64,000 bases of DNA from Octopus sinensis (Eukaryota): positions 4,154,001 to 4,218,000 of the forward strand of contig NC_043023.1 of the NCBI RefSeq assembly GCF_006345805.1, read 5' to 3'. The notes beneath the pieces were generated by a model. It saw only the letters and a list, made by a program, of their open reading frames with translations. It searched no databases and was not told where the DNA came from. Within the stretch, counting starts at the first letter, position 1, and each line of letters opens with the position of its first letter. Of this stretch, positions 1 to 12,850 are shown piece by piece. A program made the translations under genes and the position numbers.

Positions 1-360
1 AAGGCAAATTTAATAGATGGGGCAATAACGAAGGGCCTTGCTCTACACCAACTTTTTCATAGAATTTTAATGAAGCTTCAAGATAATTGGATATTAAAGT
101 AAATAAACTACACTTATTGACACTGCTAGTGCTACTACTTCTACTAATGAATATCATAATGATAGTAATGAATAGTTATGGTTGGAAATAAAAGAGAGCT
201 TTGCTGCAGACTACTAACCTTGCTACTTATAATACTGCTATAACTTCTACTAATATTAGTAAGAAAAATATATTGGTAATGAATAATAATGTCCGTGATT
301 ATAGTATTTTTATTTATGTGTGTGTATATATATATATACTCACCTTTATTGAAGAGTTCT

Positions 361-365
<5 letters not shown>

Positions 366-406
<41 letters not shown>

Positions 407-1187
407 TGTATACACACACACATATATATATGTATATATACATATGTGTATATATACACATATATATACATATATGTATATATACATATATATATATAAC
501 ATACATATATATACATAATATATATACATACATATATATATATACACATATATATATATACATATATATATATACATACATTTATATATATACATACATA
601 TATATATATACACATACATATATGTATATTTATACATATATATATATATATACATACATATATATATATACATACATATATATATATATACACATACATA
701 TATGTATATTTATACATATATATATATACATACATATATGTATATTTATACATATATATATATATACATACATATATGTATATTTATACATATATATATA
801 TACATACATATATGTATATTTATACATATATATACATACATATATGTATATTTATGCATATATATATATATTTATACATATATATATATACATACATATA
901 TGTATATTTATACATATATATATATACATATATGTATATTTATACATATATATACATATATGTATATTTATACATATATATACATACATATATGTATATT
1001 TATACATGTATATATATATTATGTATATATATATATATATATATTCATATATATATATATAACATATATATATACATATATATATATATACATATATATA
1101 TACATATATATATACATATACATACATATATATATATATACAATATATATACATATAATATATATATATATAATATATATATAATAT

Positions 1188-1229
<42 letters not shown>

Positions 1230-1842
1230 ATAATATATATATATATATTATACATATATATATGTATATACATATATATATGTATATACATATATATATG
1301 TATATACATAATATATATGTATATACATATATATTATATATATATATATACATATATATATGTATATACATAATATATGTATATACATATATATATGTAA
1401 TATACATATATATATATGTATATACAATATATATATATATATAATATATATATATATATATTATATATATATGTATATACATATATATATATGTATATAT
1501 ATATGTATATATGTATATACATATATATATGTATATATATGTATATATATATGTATATCATATATATATATGTATAATATATGTATATATATAAGTATAT
1601 ATGTATATATATATGTGTATATATAAGTATATATGTATATATATAAGTATATATGTATATGTATATGTATATATATATATGTATATACATATATATATAT
1701 GTATATACATATATATATGTATATACATATATACATATATATATAGGTATATACATATATATACATACATATATATATACATTATATATATATACATATA
1801 TACATACATATATATATATACATACACACACACACACACACT
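366..1842. repeat. Compound (TA)n/(TACA)n microsatellite
   Basis: About 1.5 kb of TA/TACA/TGTA repeats, with a recurring TACATACATATATGTATATTTATACATATA super-unit at ~610-1010. Confidence 0.97.
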
Positions 1843-2030
1843 TGAGTAAGCACATAAATGTAAAACAAGGTGGAACAAAATAGTACTTGAATGCTGAAGG
1901 TAGAGTAATATGCTTTCATTAAAGCTGAAAAAATCTTGACAAACTTACTCAGAGTTTCATGTTAGCATTCATCGGACAATTGTGATGACAACTGTCCATC
2001 AAACAGCAACATGAAATTCTCAGTCACAGG
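1843..2030. mobile_element. Older copy of the same hammerhead-bearing element with an inverted pair of degenerate motifs
   Basis: GAGTAAGCACATAAATGTAAAACAAGGTGG... matches 40018 onward. The minus strand of 1946-1979 reads CCGATGA ATG CTAA CAT GAA ACTC T GAGT A. Confidence 0.65.
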
Positions 2031-2203
2031 TTGTAAACCAACAAACGATATTCTGATAAACTACCAAAACAACACCTTACAACTTCCTGCAATTAACACC
2101 TGCCCTGTCTGGTCTCTCACTCAGACCTCTACTCTTTATAATCATTTGGTCAAGTCCATTCTCACTGTGGGGTGTCATGATTTTCACCACGGAATGCAGG
2201 CAA

Positions 2204-2815
2204 GTACCTTTCCAGCTACAAACAAAAGCAAAATCCCACAAAAATTACCACACAGATCCTTTGGCCCCAATTTATACAAGGAGACTCAGATGACATCAAT
2301 CCAGTCTTGAGGCACTTTCTCAGTTCCCCAACAGTGACGAATTAATATATTTAAGAGTTCAGACATTTTGTCACCCCCATATTTCAAAACCTCTACATAA
2401 ATTCCATCAGACCCTGGAAACTTATTGTTATTCCGCTTATTCACAGCTAAATAAATGTCATAAACGAAGCTTCTTGAAAGCTGGAAGAGCAACTGCAGAT
2501 TGCTCTAAGGAAAATTAAACAGGAATGGTGGGATGATATGGCAAAAGGGGGGCAAGAAGCAATGATGCCCGAAATCTTCACTAGGTCCAGTGAGAACAGT
2601 AAATGGACATTTGCTTTAGACTGACACCACTTCTATTCATAAGCATTGTGTAAAATGTTTTTCCGCACTTTTGAATGGAGCACCATTCTGTTGACATGAG
2701 GATGATAGAAAAATATTGAACAGCTTCCAGTTATAGAGGAGATGGCATTTGAACCAACTCTAAATGGCATTTATTTAGCTGTGAATAAGCTGAATAATAA
2801 ATCTCCAGGGTCTGG
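2204..2815. mobile_element. RTE-clade LINE fragment with internal inversion
   Basis: Minus 2204-2462 reads AVNK..KFPGSDGIYVEVLKYGG...VPQDWID.VSLYK..KDLCGNFCGILLLFVAGKVLA (RT N-terminus). Plus ~2465-2815 carries the upstream region, ending EPTLNGIYLAVNKLNNKSPGS. Confidence 0.75.
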
Positions 2816-3202
2816 AGACTTATACATAAATGTGTGTGTTTGTGTGTGTATGCATCATCATCATCATCATCATTTCACATCTGTTGTCCATGCATGGTTT
2901 GACTAGACTGGCATGATTTGGCATGGTTTTCTATAGCTAGAGGCCCTTCCTAACACCAACCACTCCAAGAGTGTAATGGGTGCTTTCATGTGCCACTGGC
3001 ATGGGTGCCATTTGTGTAACATTGTATATACAGAAGCTCTGTACGTGTTTTATGATTTTTATAGAATACATTTCTCTGTTGTTGCTTTCTGTTCTTAGAT
3101 ATTCTAAATGAATTTGTAAATTTAAATTATCCACGACTGTGATTTTGCTTGGCTTGATGGGTTTTCTTCTCAAGCATGACATAATGCCAAAGGTCTCGGG
3201 TC

Positions 3203-3440
3203 ATTGCCTCCATGAGGCCCAACACTCAAAAGGAACTCAGCCACTTTGCCTCCATGAGGCCCAACACTCAAAAGGAACTCAGCCACTTTGCCTCCATGAG
3301 GCCCAACGCTTAGAAAGAACTCAGCCACTTTGCTCCCATCAGGCCCAAGGCTTGAAAGCAACTCAGCCACTATGCCACCATGAGACCCAATGCTCAAGAG
3401 GAACTCAGGCACTTTGCTCCTGTGAGGCCCAACATTTAAA
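3203..3440. repeat. 42-bp minisatellite (~5.5 copies)
   Basis: Unit TTGCCTCCATGAGGCCCAACACTCAAAAGGAACTCAGCCACT. The first two copies are identical and later ones diverge. Confidence 0.9.
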
Positions 3441-3882
3441 GGTTGATTTATGTGTCACCAGTACGGGTGCACTTAACCTGACAGGTCCTCTTATAGGCGC
3501 AGAAGTGGTTGTGTGGTAAGTAGAATGCTTACCAACCACATGGTTCTGGGTTCAGTCCCACTGCGTGGCACCTTGGGCAAGTGTCTTCTACTATAGCTTC
3601 AGGCCAACCAAAGCCTTGTGAGCGGATTTGGTAGACGGAAACTAAAAAAATCCCATCATGTGTGTATGTGTGTGTGTGTATGTTTGTCCCCCAGCATCAC
3701 TTGACAACCAATGCTGGTGTGTTTACATCTCTGTAACGTACCAGTTTAGCAAAAGAGACCGACAGAATAAGTACTAGGCTTACAAAGAATAAGTCATGGG
3801 GCTGATTTGCTTTACTAAAGGGATGCTCCAGCATGACCACAGTCAAATGACTGAAACAAGTAAAACAATAAAAGAATATGTA

Positions 3883-4046
3883 CAATGTCACTAAAGCACT
3901 AGTATTGCTAGAAATAAGAGTCAAACCAACTCATAGCTACAATAATGCACTGTATTATGTGTGTTATTGTGGCAATGAGTTGGTTTGACTCTTATCTCTA
4001 GCAATACTGGCGCTGAATCGCACCCTCAGTTGCTCTAGTGACATTA
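3883..4046. mobile_element. Palindromic MITE
   Basis: 3897-3950 is the inverse of 3960-4012. Outer AATGTCACTA(A/G)AGC inverted termini are flanked by TA. Confidence 0.7.
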
Positions 4047-4102
4047 TATATTTTTGCCTTTCGGTTGAAAAATTGCTAACAAGCCACTCTTATCATTTAT
4101 AT

Positions 4103-4390
4103 ATCTATCTAGTAATAAATCACAGTATGTGTGTGTATAATGACTAACACATGCACTTCCACAATTCTCAACCGATTTTCACCAAACTTTACACACACAT
4201 TTATGTCCCAAGGATGATTATGCACTAAACATTTTGCCCAGAACTCCCGAATAAATGGAGCTAAATGGACATAATTTTTTTTGCATGTAGGGTCTTCCAT
4301 ACTTTTTTCATCTTTTTATAAAAGTGAAAAAATTTTGTCCACTTCTTTATTTCAACTGTCCACCTGCCGTGGTGATTAAATTGGCTAGGA
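4103..4390 (+). mobile_element. Non-autonomous Helitron-like element
   Basis: 5' TCTATCTAGTAATAAA, internal ACCGATTTTCACCAAACTT, and a 3' GC-rich segment then CTAG. Confidence 0.5.
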
Positions 4391-5232
4391 ACACTGTATG
4401 CAATGAATATCCAATACCAAACAATCTTAATCTCCATATTTAAACTGCATTAAACTTTGGCAAGCTTACCTTTACCTATTTTGAGTTACCTGAAAGGTGA
4501 TGTTCCCTTCCCACTCTTCTATTTGTTGATACCTTTGTTTACCTACCAATGCATTGTTTCACTTTAAGGATGTTTATTTACCCATCCATTATGATATTTT
4601 GATTGTTGTCCATTGTTTCAAATCCATTTTAGCATTGCCATTCTAGCCATTTTTAAAACAATCACATATTTAACCCAAAGAATCAACCTTTGCTTCCACT
4701 AGTGAATGCTATATGTATCTTTCAGAAAGATCCATACCAATTTAACTTTATGCAGCATTTATAGTTAGTTTATGCACAGGCTATGTGGGAAGACAGAATA
4801 AAGGGGCTTTTGTTAGCTTATCTCCATGAAAAAATAGCTCCTTTTGCTGCTGAAAAAAATAGAAGAGAGGTTTCAACGTCTTCCTTCAATTTCATTACAC
4901 CATTTATGTGGCTGTTTCTGACAAGAAATTTCACTTAGATATAAAACAACTATATTTTGTAGTCTACTCCCAGTAGCTCTGCTTTGCATCGCTTGCAAAC
5001 TTATATGTTTTATGATCATTAAAATACAATAACCTCCACAATAACCAGCTTTCAGTTTGATTTTCCATTCCTAGGTTAATTGGAAACATAGAATGCTGTG
5101 CTATTCATAAACCTTCTTTGTAGTTCAATTATTTGGTGAAAAGAATACCACCAAAGCAACTTAAACATTTGCTAGTATATATATATATAAGCATTTTGTG
5201 TATGTGTATATGTATGTGTGTATATATATATA

Positions 5233-5296
<64 letters not shown>

Positions 5297-6275
5297 ATAT
5301 CAACATCAGCATCAAAATAAATATCAAATGGAAATTGTATTTACGATACCTGTGCTGGTGGCACGTAAAAAGCACCATCCGAATGTGGCCGATGCCAGCC
5401 TCCCCTGGCACGTAAAAAGCACCCACTACACTCATGGAGTGGTTGGCGTTAGGAAGGGCATCCAGCCGTAGAAATACTGCCAGATCAGACTGGAGCCTAG
5501 TGCAGCCTCCTGGCTTCCCAGACCCCGGTCGAACCATCCAACCTGTGCTAGCATAGAAAACGGATGTTAAATGATGATATCTATCTTCCCTGCATTTTAT
5601 GTGGCACTGGCCCAAAGTCCTTGCAATCGAATCCTATTTAAAGAGCCCTGTGCTGGTGCCACTTAAAAACCCCCATAATAGCACCCTTGCAGGTACCACA
5701 TAAAAGCATCCAGAAGCTGAAAGAAGCCCACCATATATACCTTTTCTCTTTTACATGTTTTGGTCATTAGTCTGTGGCCATGCTGGAGCACTGCTTTGAA
5801 GAATTTTAGTCAAATGAATTGACCTCAGTACATTTTTCTTTTTGTTTTTTAAGCCTGGTACTTATTCCATTGAACACTTCTGTTGAACTGCTAAGTTATG
5901 GGGGTGCAAACATGCCAACAGTAGTTGTCTAGTGGTGGTGGTGGTGGGGGACAAACAGAGACACACAGATATACATACATATAAAGTGGTTGACATTAGG
6001 AAGGGCATCCAGCCATAGAAACCATTCAAAATCAGATTAGATCTTGGTGCCAGCTTTGGTCAAACTGCCCAACCCATGTCAGCATGGAAAACAGAGGTTA
6101 AAGGATAGTGATTCATTTCCAGTTTTATTGTTGAAAATATGTCCAGCCAGGGAGAAATATTACCTTGTTTGGAAGCAGGTGAGGGTTAGCAACAGGAAAA
6201 GCATCTAACTTCAGTGAATTCCATCTGACCCATGCAGGCATGGAAAAGTGGACGTTAAAACAATGATGAGGATGA

Positions 6276-6330
<55 letters not shown>

Positions 6331-6608
6331 GATTCAACACTGTTTGAGCAAAAATGGTAACATTCTTTACCTATCTCATTACTTCTGATATGGACAAGGT
6401 TGGGGGGAAAAAAAGCAAACCAAGTGTTGGTGACAGGTTGAGCACCCGTCTGTAGAAAAACAACTTCTACAAATCTCATCTCACCAATACCAGCATGTTA
6501 ATGTTGATATAAGCATCTATGAGCATCTATGTGTGTATAAACATTTTATATATATTCATTCTCATGTATTCATATATACCAGATTATGTATGCATGTGTA
6601 AATATATG

Positions 6609-6654
<46 letters not shown>

Positions 6655-7369
6655 AATATATACACACATATATATATTCCAAGAAAGTTAGAGGTTGTGA
6701 ATCCAACCCACTAAGGGATAATATCTATCCAATATACTGCTGATAGAATACCCAATTATTAATACACAAGGGTTTTCTCTTGCATTGCAATTACATTACC
6801 GAGTGTACTAAATCAGTGAAGGTAAAGATATATTTTACCATTAATTTATATAGAAAATGGAGGGGATTAATAGGTGGTTCATCAACTTTTAGACATTATA
6901 TTATGTCAATTTATTTATTTGTTTACTAGAATGACAATTACAAGAATATACATACATGGATAACATATTATGCTTTACATATAAAATATATTAATATATA
7001 AAGATACCAGTAATTATTAAAATATAACATACAGGAATATATATTATTATTATTATTATCATTAGACAATACAAAGAGTGCAATGCCATTGCAATAGCTG
7101 TTTTATTGGTTGAGCAATATTCTGACAGCAAGCCTGTTTTTGTCAAGTTCAAAATGAAAAGCGATACATAGAAATTCAAAGTTTGAGTGAGGCAACCAGC
7201 GTTCCCACATTAATGAGATGACATCATCAGTCTTCAATTTTCAAGTTTACGACTGGCAAAAAGAAAAAGAAAGAAAAAAAGAAAAGGACAAATAACATTT
7301 AATCAAACAGCTTTGTGGAAATATGTTGAAATTCTCTTGTCCTTTTATTCTTCCCTCCAGTGTGTGATG

Positions 7370-8190
7370 TTAATAACTAATGAACATATTTCTCCTCATG
7401 CATTTCGAGGACTGAAAGTGTAGCAGATTCAGAATATTTTCTGAGAATATGCACTTTCAATTTTTTTTTCAAAATTGCAGCCGGTTGAAACGAAATGTTT
7501 GTCAAGTTCTGTCTAATTACTGTTATTGTGCCATATCTGCGTCCATTTAATCTTTTGTTTAATTGTTCCGTTGTACAACCTACATAAATTGTGTTTGGTG
7601 CAGTCTGCTGTGTACACCAAATGGGGATCTCTATGCATCCCACCTTCCGTGTAAATCATAATATTTCTTGTTATGATTCCTGATGGAATTGATGGCTCAT
7701 GTTGCACAATGAAAAGGGCTTCTCTTGCAGCTGATTTTCAAAGTACAGCAAGCAGACACTCTAATGTTAGTTTCCTTGGAGTCAGAAATAGAGGTTAATA
7801 GTTCTCTTATATTTTTATTCCTTCTAAAGGCTACAATAGGTGGCTGAGGAAATATATGTTTGAAACGAAGATATTTTCTGCAACATGCGGATAACTTTCA
7901 TGTAACACTTTTGAAATGCCAGCGAAATTTTGGTGCCAGTTAATCACTAAAGGAATTCTGCCATATATTGTACTTTGTTTGCTAAAATTATGTGTGAAAG
8001 TTTGACTTTCCTTGTCAGAGCTATTCATTACCAGTAATCTCATCGGGTAAACTGAGCCAGCTTCCTTCAGTCTTTGAATTTTTTTTTCTTTTGAAACATT
8101 AAATGAATGAAAGTTTGAAGAAAATGCTTTTCTTTCTGTTCCCAGAACTAGCATGACTTGTCCCACCTTCTTTCTGGCATTCATTCCCAG
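7370..8190 (-). mobile_element. Degenerate Penelope-like element fragment
   Basis: Frameshifted pieces: RIPLVINWHQNFAGISKVLHES (RT thumb/linker) and LVYTADCT../IYVGCTTEQLNKRLNG (GIY-YIG). Confidence 0.75.
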
Positions 8191-8795
8191 TTTTGAGAGG
8201 AGGGGTTAGTTGATAACATCAGCCCCAAAAAGAATTATTTTTATTATTATTATTCATTTTTCTATTATAATCACATGGTTTCAGGTTCAGTCCCACTGCA
8301 TGGCACCTTGGGCAAGTGTCTTCTATTATAGTCTTGGGTCAACCAAAGCCTTGTGAGGGGATTTAGTAGATGGAAACTGAAAGAAGCCCATCACATGTGT
8401 GTGTGTTTGTATGCCTGTGTCTGTTTGTCCCCCAACATTGCTTGACAACTTGGGTTTGGGTATGTTTACATCTCCGTAACTTAGAATAAGTACCAGGCTT
8501 AAAAATAAAAAAACAAATACCAGTGTTGATTCATTCAACTAAAAGTTTCTCAATCCAGTGCCCCAGCATGGCCACATTCTAATGACTGAGACAAGTAAAA
8601 TATAATAAGAAAAAAATGGCCAAATAAACAGTATATTTTGATATTTAATACACGATGTAGAATTTGTTGCCTGCCAACATAGGCACATGACTACATATTA
8701 TGAAGAGTTCAGTTACTGAAACCAGCCCAAGTATATGACTGGTACTTATTAGATAACCTACTGATACCATATCTGTTGATTTGCCTCTATTTCAG

Positions 8796-8897
8796 ATTTC
8801 CTGCCCATATTCGGAACCAATTGTGCCTCTTGCTGAATTCACCCAATGCCCGCGGCAATGACTGGCGGATGTTGGCGCAGGCATTGACTGTTGACAG
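8796..8897 (+). CDS. unc5: UNC5 netrin receptor, penultimate coding exon (N-terminal half of death domain)
   Basis: ttcag acceptor at 8791-8795 and AG|gtaagc donor at 8898. The 102-nt phase-2/phase-2 exon reads FPAHIRNQLCLLLNSPNARGNDWRMLAQALTVDR, matching the UNC5 death-domain motif (LDAPNARGxDWRxLA). It splices in frame to 10376. Confidence 0.92.
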
Positions 8898-10375
8898 GTA
8901 AGCTTACCAATGCTGTTTTTAGTGCTGTTTAGCCCTAGGCCACTCCTAATCCAGTGGCTCTATGAATCAAATGTGTCCCAGCTGTGACTGTCTCATATTT
9001 TATCTAAGCATAGTGTATCTAGGGCTACATTTTCTAATGTATAGTATAGTAGCTAGTATTAGTGACTATAGATGTTCTTTATCCCAACTCAGTCCTGATC
9101 CAGGAACCACGCATGTTTCCAGAGGTGAACTTTGCAAACCCCAAAGAATCCCTCTCAACACATGGCTATGATGCTCCCCCACTACTTCTGCTCGTGATCA
9201 GATGTGCATAAATCATCATCCACTAAGGGACATGTTCAACTGGTTAAGGTCAAACAACTGACAAACAAATCTGTGGTATTGAGCAGAATATTTGCTGTAT
9301 TTGCCCATCTTTTATGCAAAGATAAAACATATACATGCAACATTTCCAATCAGTTGAGATCAGAAGCCATGAGAGCCTTGGTACTGCATCAGGGCAATTA
9401 TCATTATTAAGGCAGCAAGCTGGCAGAATCATTAGCACGCCGGGTGAAATGCATATCAGTATTTCATCTGCCGTTACGTTCTGAGTTCAAATTCCACCGA
9501 AGTCGACTTTGCCTTTCATCCTTTTGGGGTCGATTAAATAAGTATCAGTTACACACTGGGGTGGATATAATCGACTTAATCCGTTTGTCTGTCCTTGTTT
9601 GTCTCCTCTGTGTTTAGCCCCTTGTGGGTAGTAAAGAAATAGGTATTTTGCCTGTCATTATGTTCTCAGTTCAAATTCCACCGAGGCTGACTTTGCCTTT
9701 CATGTTTTCAGTCTCCAGTCTGATCTGGCAGAGTTTCTACAGCTGGATGCCCTTCCTAATGCCAACCACTCTGTGAGTGTAGTGGGTGCTTTTTACGTGC
9801 CACTGGCACAGAAGCCAGTCAAGGCAGCCCTGGCATTGACCACGTTCGAATGGAGCTCCACATGTGCCACCGGTACAGGTATCACAACTACAATTTGAAG
9901 GCGGCAAGCTGGCAGAAACGTTAGCACACCGGGCGAAATGCGTAGCCATATTTCGTCTGTCGTTACGCTGTGAGATCAAATTCTGCCGAGGTCGACTTTG
10001 CCTGTCATCCTTTCGGGGTCGATAAATTAAGTACCAGTTACGCACTGGGGTCGATGTAATCGACTTAATACCTATGTCTGTCCTTGTTTGTCCCATCTAT
10101 GTCTAGTCCCTTGTGGGTAATAAAGAAATAGGTACAGGTATCACAACTACAATTTCCATTTGATATTTATTTTGATGTTGATGTACTTGACTCAATAGGT
10201 CCCCAAATTCTGCCGAGGTCAACTTTGCCTTTCAGAGTCAATAAATTACGTACCACCTCAGTTCTGGGGTCGATGTAATCAACTAATCCCCTCCCCACAA
10301 ATTTCAGGCATTGTGCCTATATTAGAAAGGATTGTTATTATTTTGTTTCTATTTTTGTTGTTGTTGTCATTGCAG

Positions 10376-10547
10376 GTACATAAATTACTTTGCAACGAAG
10401 CAAAGTCCAACGGAACACATCCTCGATCTCTGGGAGGCCCGGCACCGAGAGGACACAGCTGTCACAGACCTGATGAACATTTTACGTACAATGAGACGCA
10501 TGGATGCGGCAGCCGTGCTCGAGAATGACTCTGGGGCTTGGTTATGA
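10376..10547 (+). CDS. unc5: UNC5 netrin receptor, last coding exon (C-terminal half of death domain)
   Basis: Pyrimidine tract plus tgcag acceptor at 10371-10375. Reads (R)YINYFATKQSPTEHILDLWEARHREDTAVTDLMNILRTMRRMDAAAVLENDSGAWL*, matching UNC5 YLNYFATKxSPTxVILDLWEAR. Upstream exons were not recognised in 1-8795. Confidence 0.93.
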
Positions 10548-10729
10548 ACAACAACAACAACAACAAGGGACTATTACAGCAACTACTATTACAACTACTA
10601 CTATTACTATTAATACTACAACAATATTACAATGTACAAATAACAAGATGTTGGCCTCTGGGAAGAGGATGATATATATACAGACTTGAGAGGAGTGTGA
10701 ATGGGATGATGTATATACACACAAATTAT

Positions 10730-10757
10730 TGTATGTGTTTGTGTATATAAATATATA

Positions 10758-10788
<31 letters not shown>

Positions 10789-11263
10789 ATCTAAATGTAA
10801 GTATATATATATGTATATATATATAAATGTATGTATATATATATATACATATGTGTATATATATATGTGCCTATATGTATATATAATATACATGTATACA
10901 TGTACATATAATATACATGTATACATATGTACATATATATATGTATACATATATATATATGTATGTATACATATATATATATGTGTGTGTGTGTATATAT
11001 ATATATATGTATACATATACATGTATATATATATATGTATTAATATATATGTACACATGTATATATGTGTATATATATCATCATCATCATCATCGTTTAA
11101 CGTCAGATGATGATGATGATGATGATATATGTGCATATATATGTATACATGTATGTGTATACATATATATATACATATGTATACAAATGTCAATATATAG
11201 GTATGTATATATATATACATATATATATATACATATATCTTTGTATATATATATATATATCTG

Positions 11264-11303
<40 letters not shown>

Positions 11304-11367
11304 CATATACACGCACATAGATGCATGTATATATATATATGTGTGTGTGTGCGTGCGTGAATATACT

Positions 11368-11405
<38 letters not shown>

Positions 11406-12521
11406 CACTTGCATACAAGGGCAGACACAAAGGTAAATTTGAGGGGTTTCTTGTGGATGTGGGATGGTTATGAAAAAAGAAAAAAAAAGGGTCAGAATGG
11501 TGTTCCATGGTGGTGGTGGTGGTGGTGGTGGTGGTGGTGGTGATGTGGAATGGTGGGCTTTTCCTCTTCAAAATAAAAACAAAAGTTGTATAAATAAATA
11601 AAAAATAATGATAGCCTTAATATATACATATATGAGTCTAGTTGATCAGTTAAGCAAAAAAATGAATATTGTATACATGTATGTATACATATATATACAT
11701 ATATATAAATATACACTTATACATATATTTATATATGTGTATACTTACACACATACACACACAAACACATACATATATAGATATATGAATGCACATGCAT
11801 GCATATATATATATATATGTACACACATTACACACTTATAAATTTATATATATATGCATACACACATGTATACATTTATATACATATATATACATATATA
11901 TATACATATATATATACATATATACATATATGTTGCGTTGAATGAAATGGCGAAAAAGAAATCAAAAGAAAAAAATTAATGATAAATGAAGAATTGCATT
12001 GAAAAAATTAATGTTAATTAATTATTGAATTATTTACTTAACTAATTAATTGATTGATAAGTGAATCTAACAACAGCATGAGAACATATGATGGAGAAAG
12101 AAGCTGTTATAGTCATGATGATTAACGAACAACCAACAGGAGGTCAAGAAATTTGGAATATTATTAATTATAATGAGATATAAGAAGAGGGAAATGAGAT
12201 GATAAGGAAAAGGAAATCAATATTGCCCCCACCACGACCACCACCACCAGCCTGGGATGGATGGGGATGAAAGGAGAAAAGAAATGAGATTAAAAACAAA
12301 GACATAGATATATTTGAGTGTATCTGTGTGTATACATATATAGATATATATATATACCTGTGTGTGTCTGTGTAGTATATATATACCTATTTATAATTAC
12401 ATATATATATACATTTTATATAGGTATATATATGTATATATAAATATATAGGTATATATACCTATATAGGTATATATATGTATATATAAATATATATATA
12501 GGTATATATATGTATATATAA

Positions 12522-12552
<31 letters not shown>

Positions 12553-12570
12553 ATATATAATATATATATG

Positions 12571-12653
<83 letters not shown>

Positions 12654-12698
12654 GGTAAATATACCTGTATATATACATATATGTAAATAGACATACAC

Positions 12699-12729
<31 letters not shown>

Positions 12730-12850
12730 ATATATATTTATTTATGTATGCGGTGGAGGTGTACCTCTATAGATGTGTACATTTATACATGCACATATAT
12801 TTTTTTGTGTGTGTGTGTATGTATATATATATATGTATGTATGCATGTAT
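10730..12850. repeat. Microsatellite cluster (TA, TG, CAT, GGT) downstream of the unc5 stop (probable 3' UTR/flank)
   Basis: Directly visible simple repeats. AATAAA hexamers at ~11572 and ~11594 are candidate polyadenylation signals. Confidence 0.85.

Noticed and set aside
201-1883. Many long Y/I/H/T/C/V-rich ORFs (also at 10726-11841, 12416-12700, 53150-53879 and elsewhere)
   Set aside because: They are translations of TA/TG/CA microsatellites, which lack stop codons in several frames. No protein motifs.
1-8795. Additional upstream unc5 exons (UPA/ZU5 domains)
   Set aside because: No segment with both plausible splice sites and UNC5-like translation was found by eye. These exons probably lie left of the window, though a short exon could have been missed.
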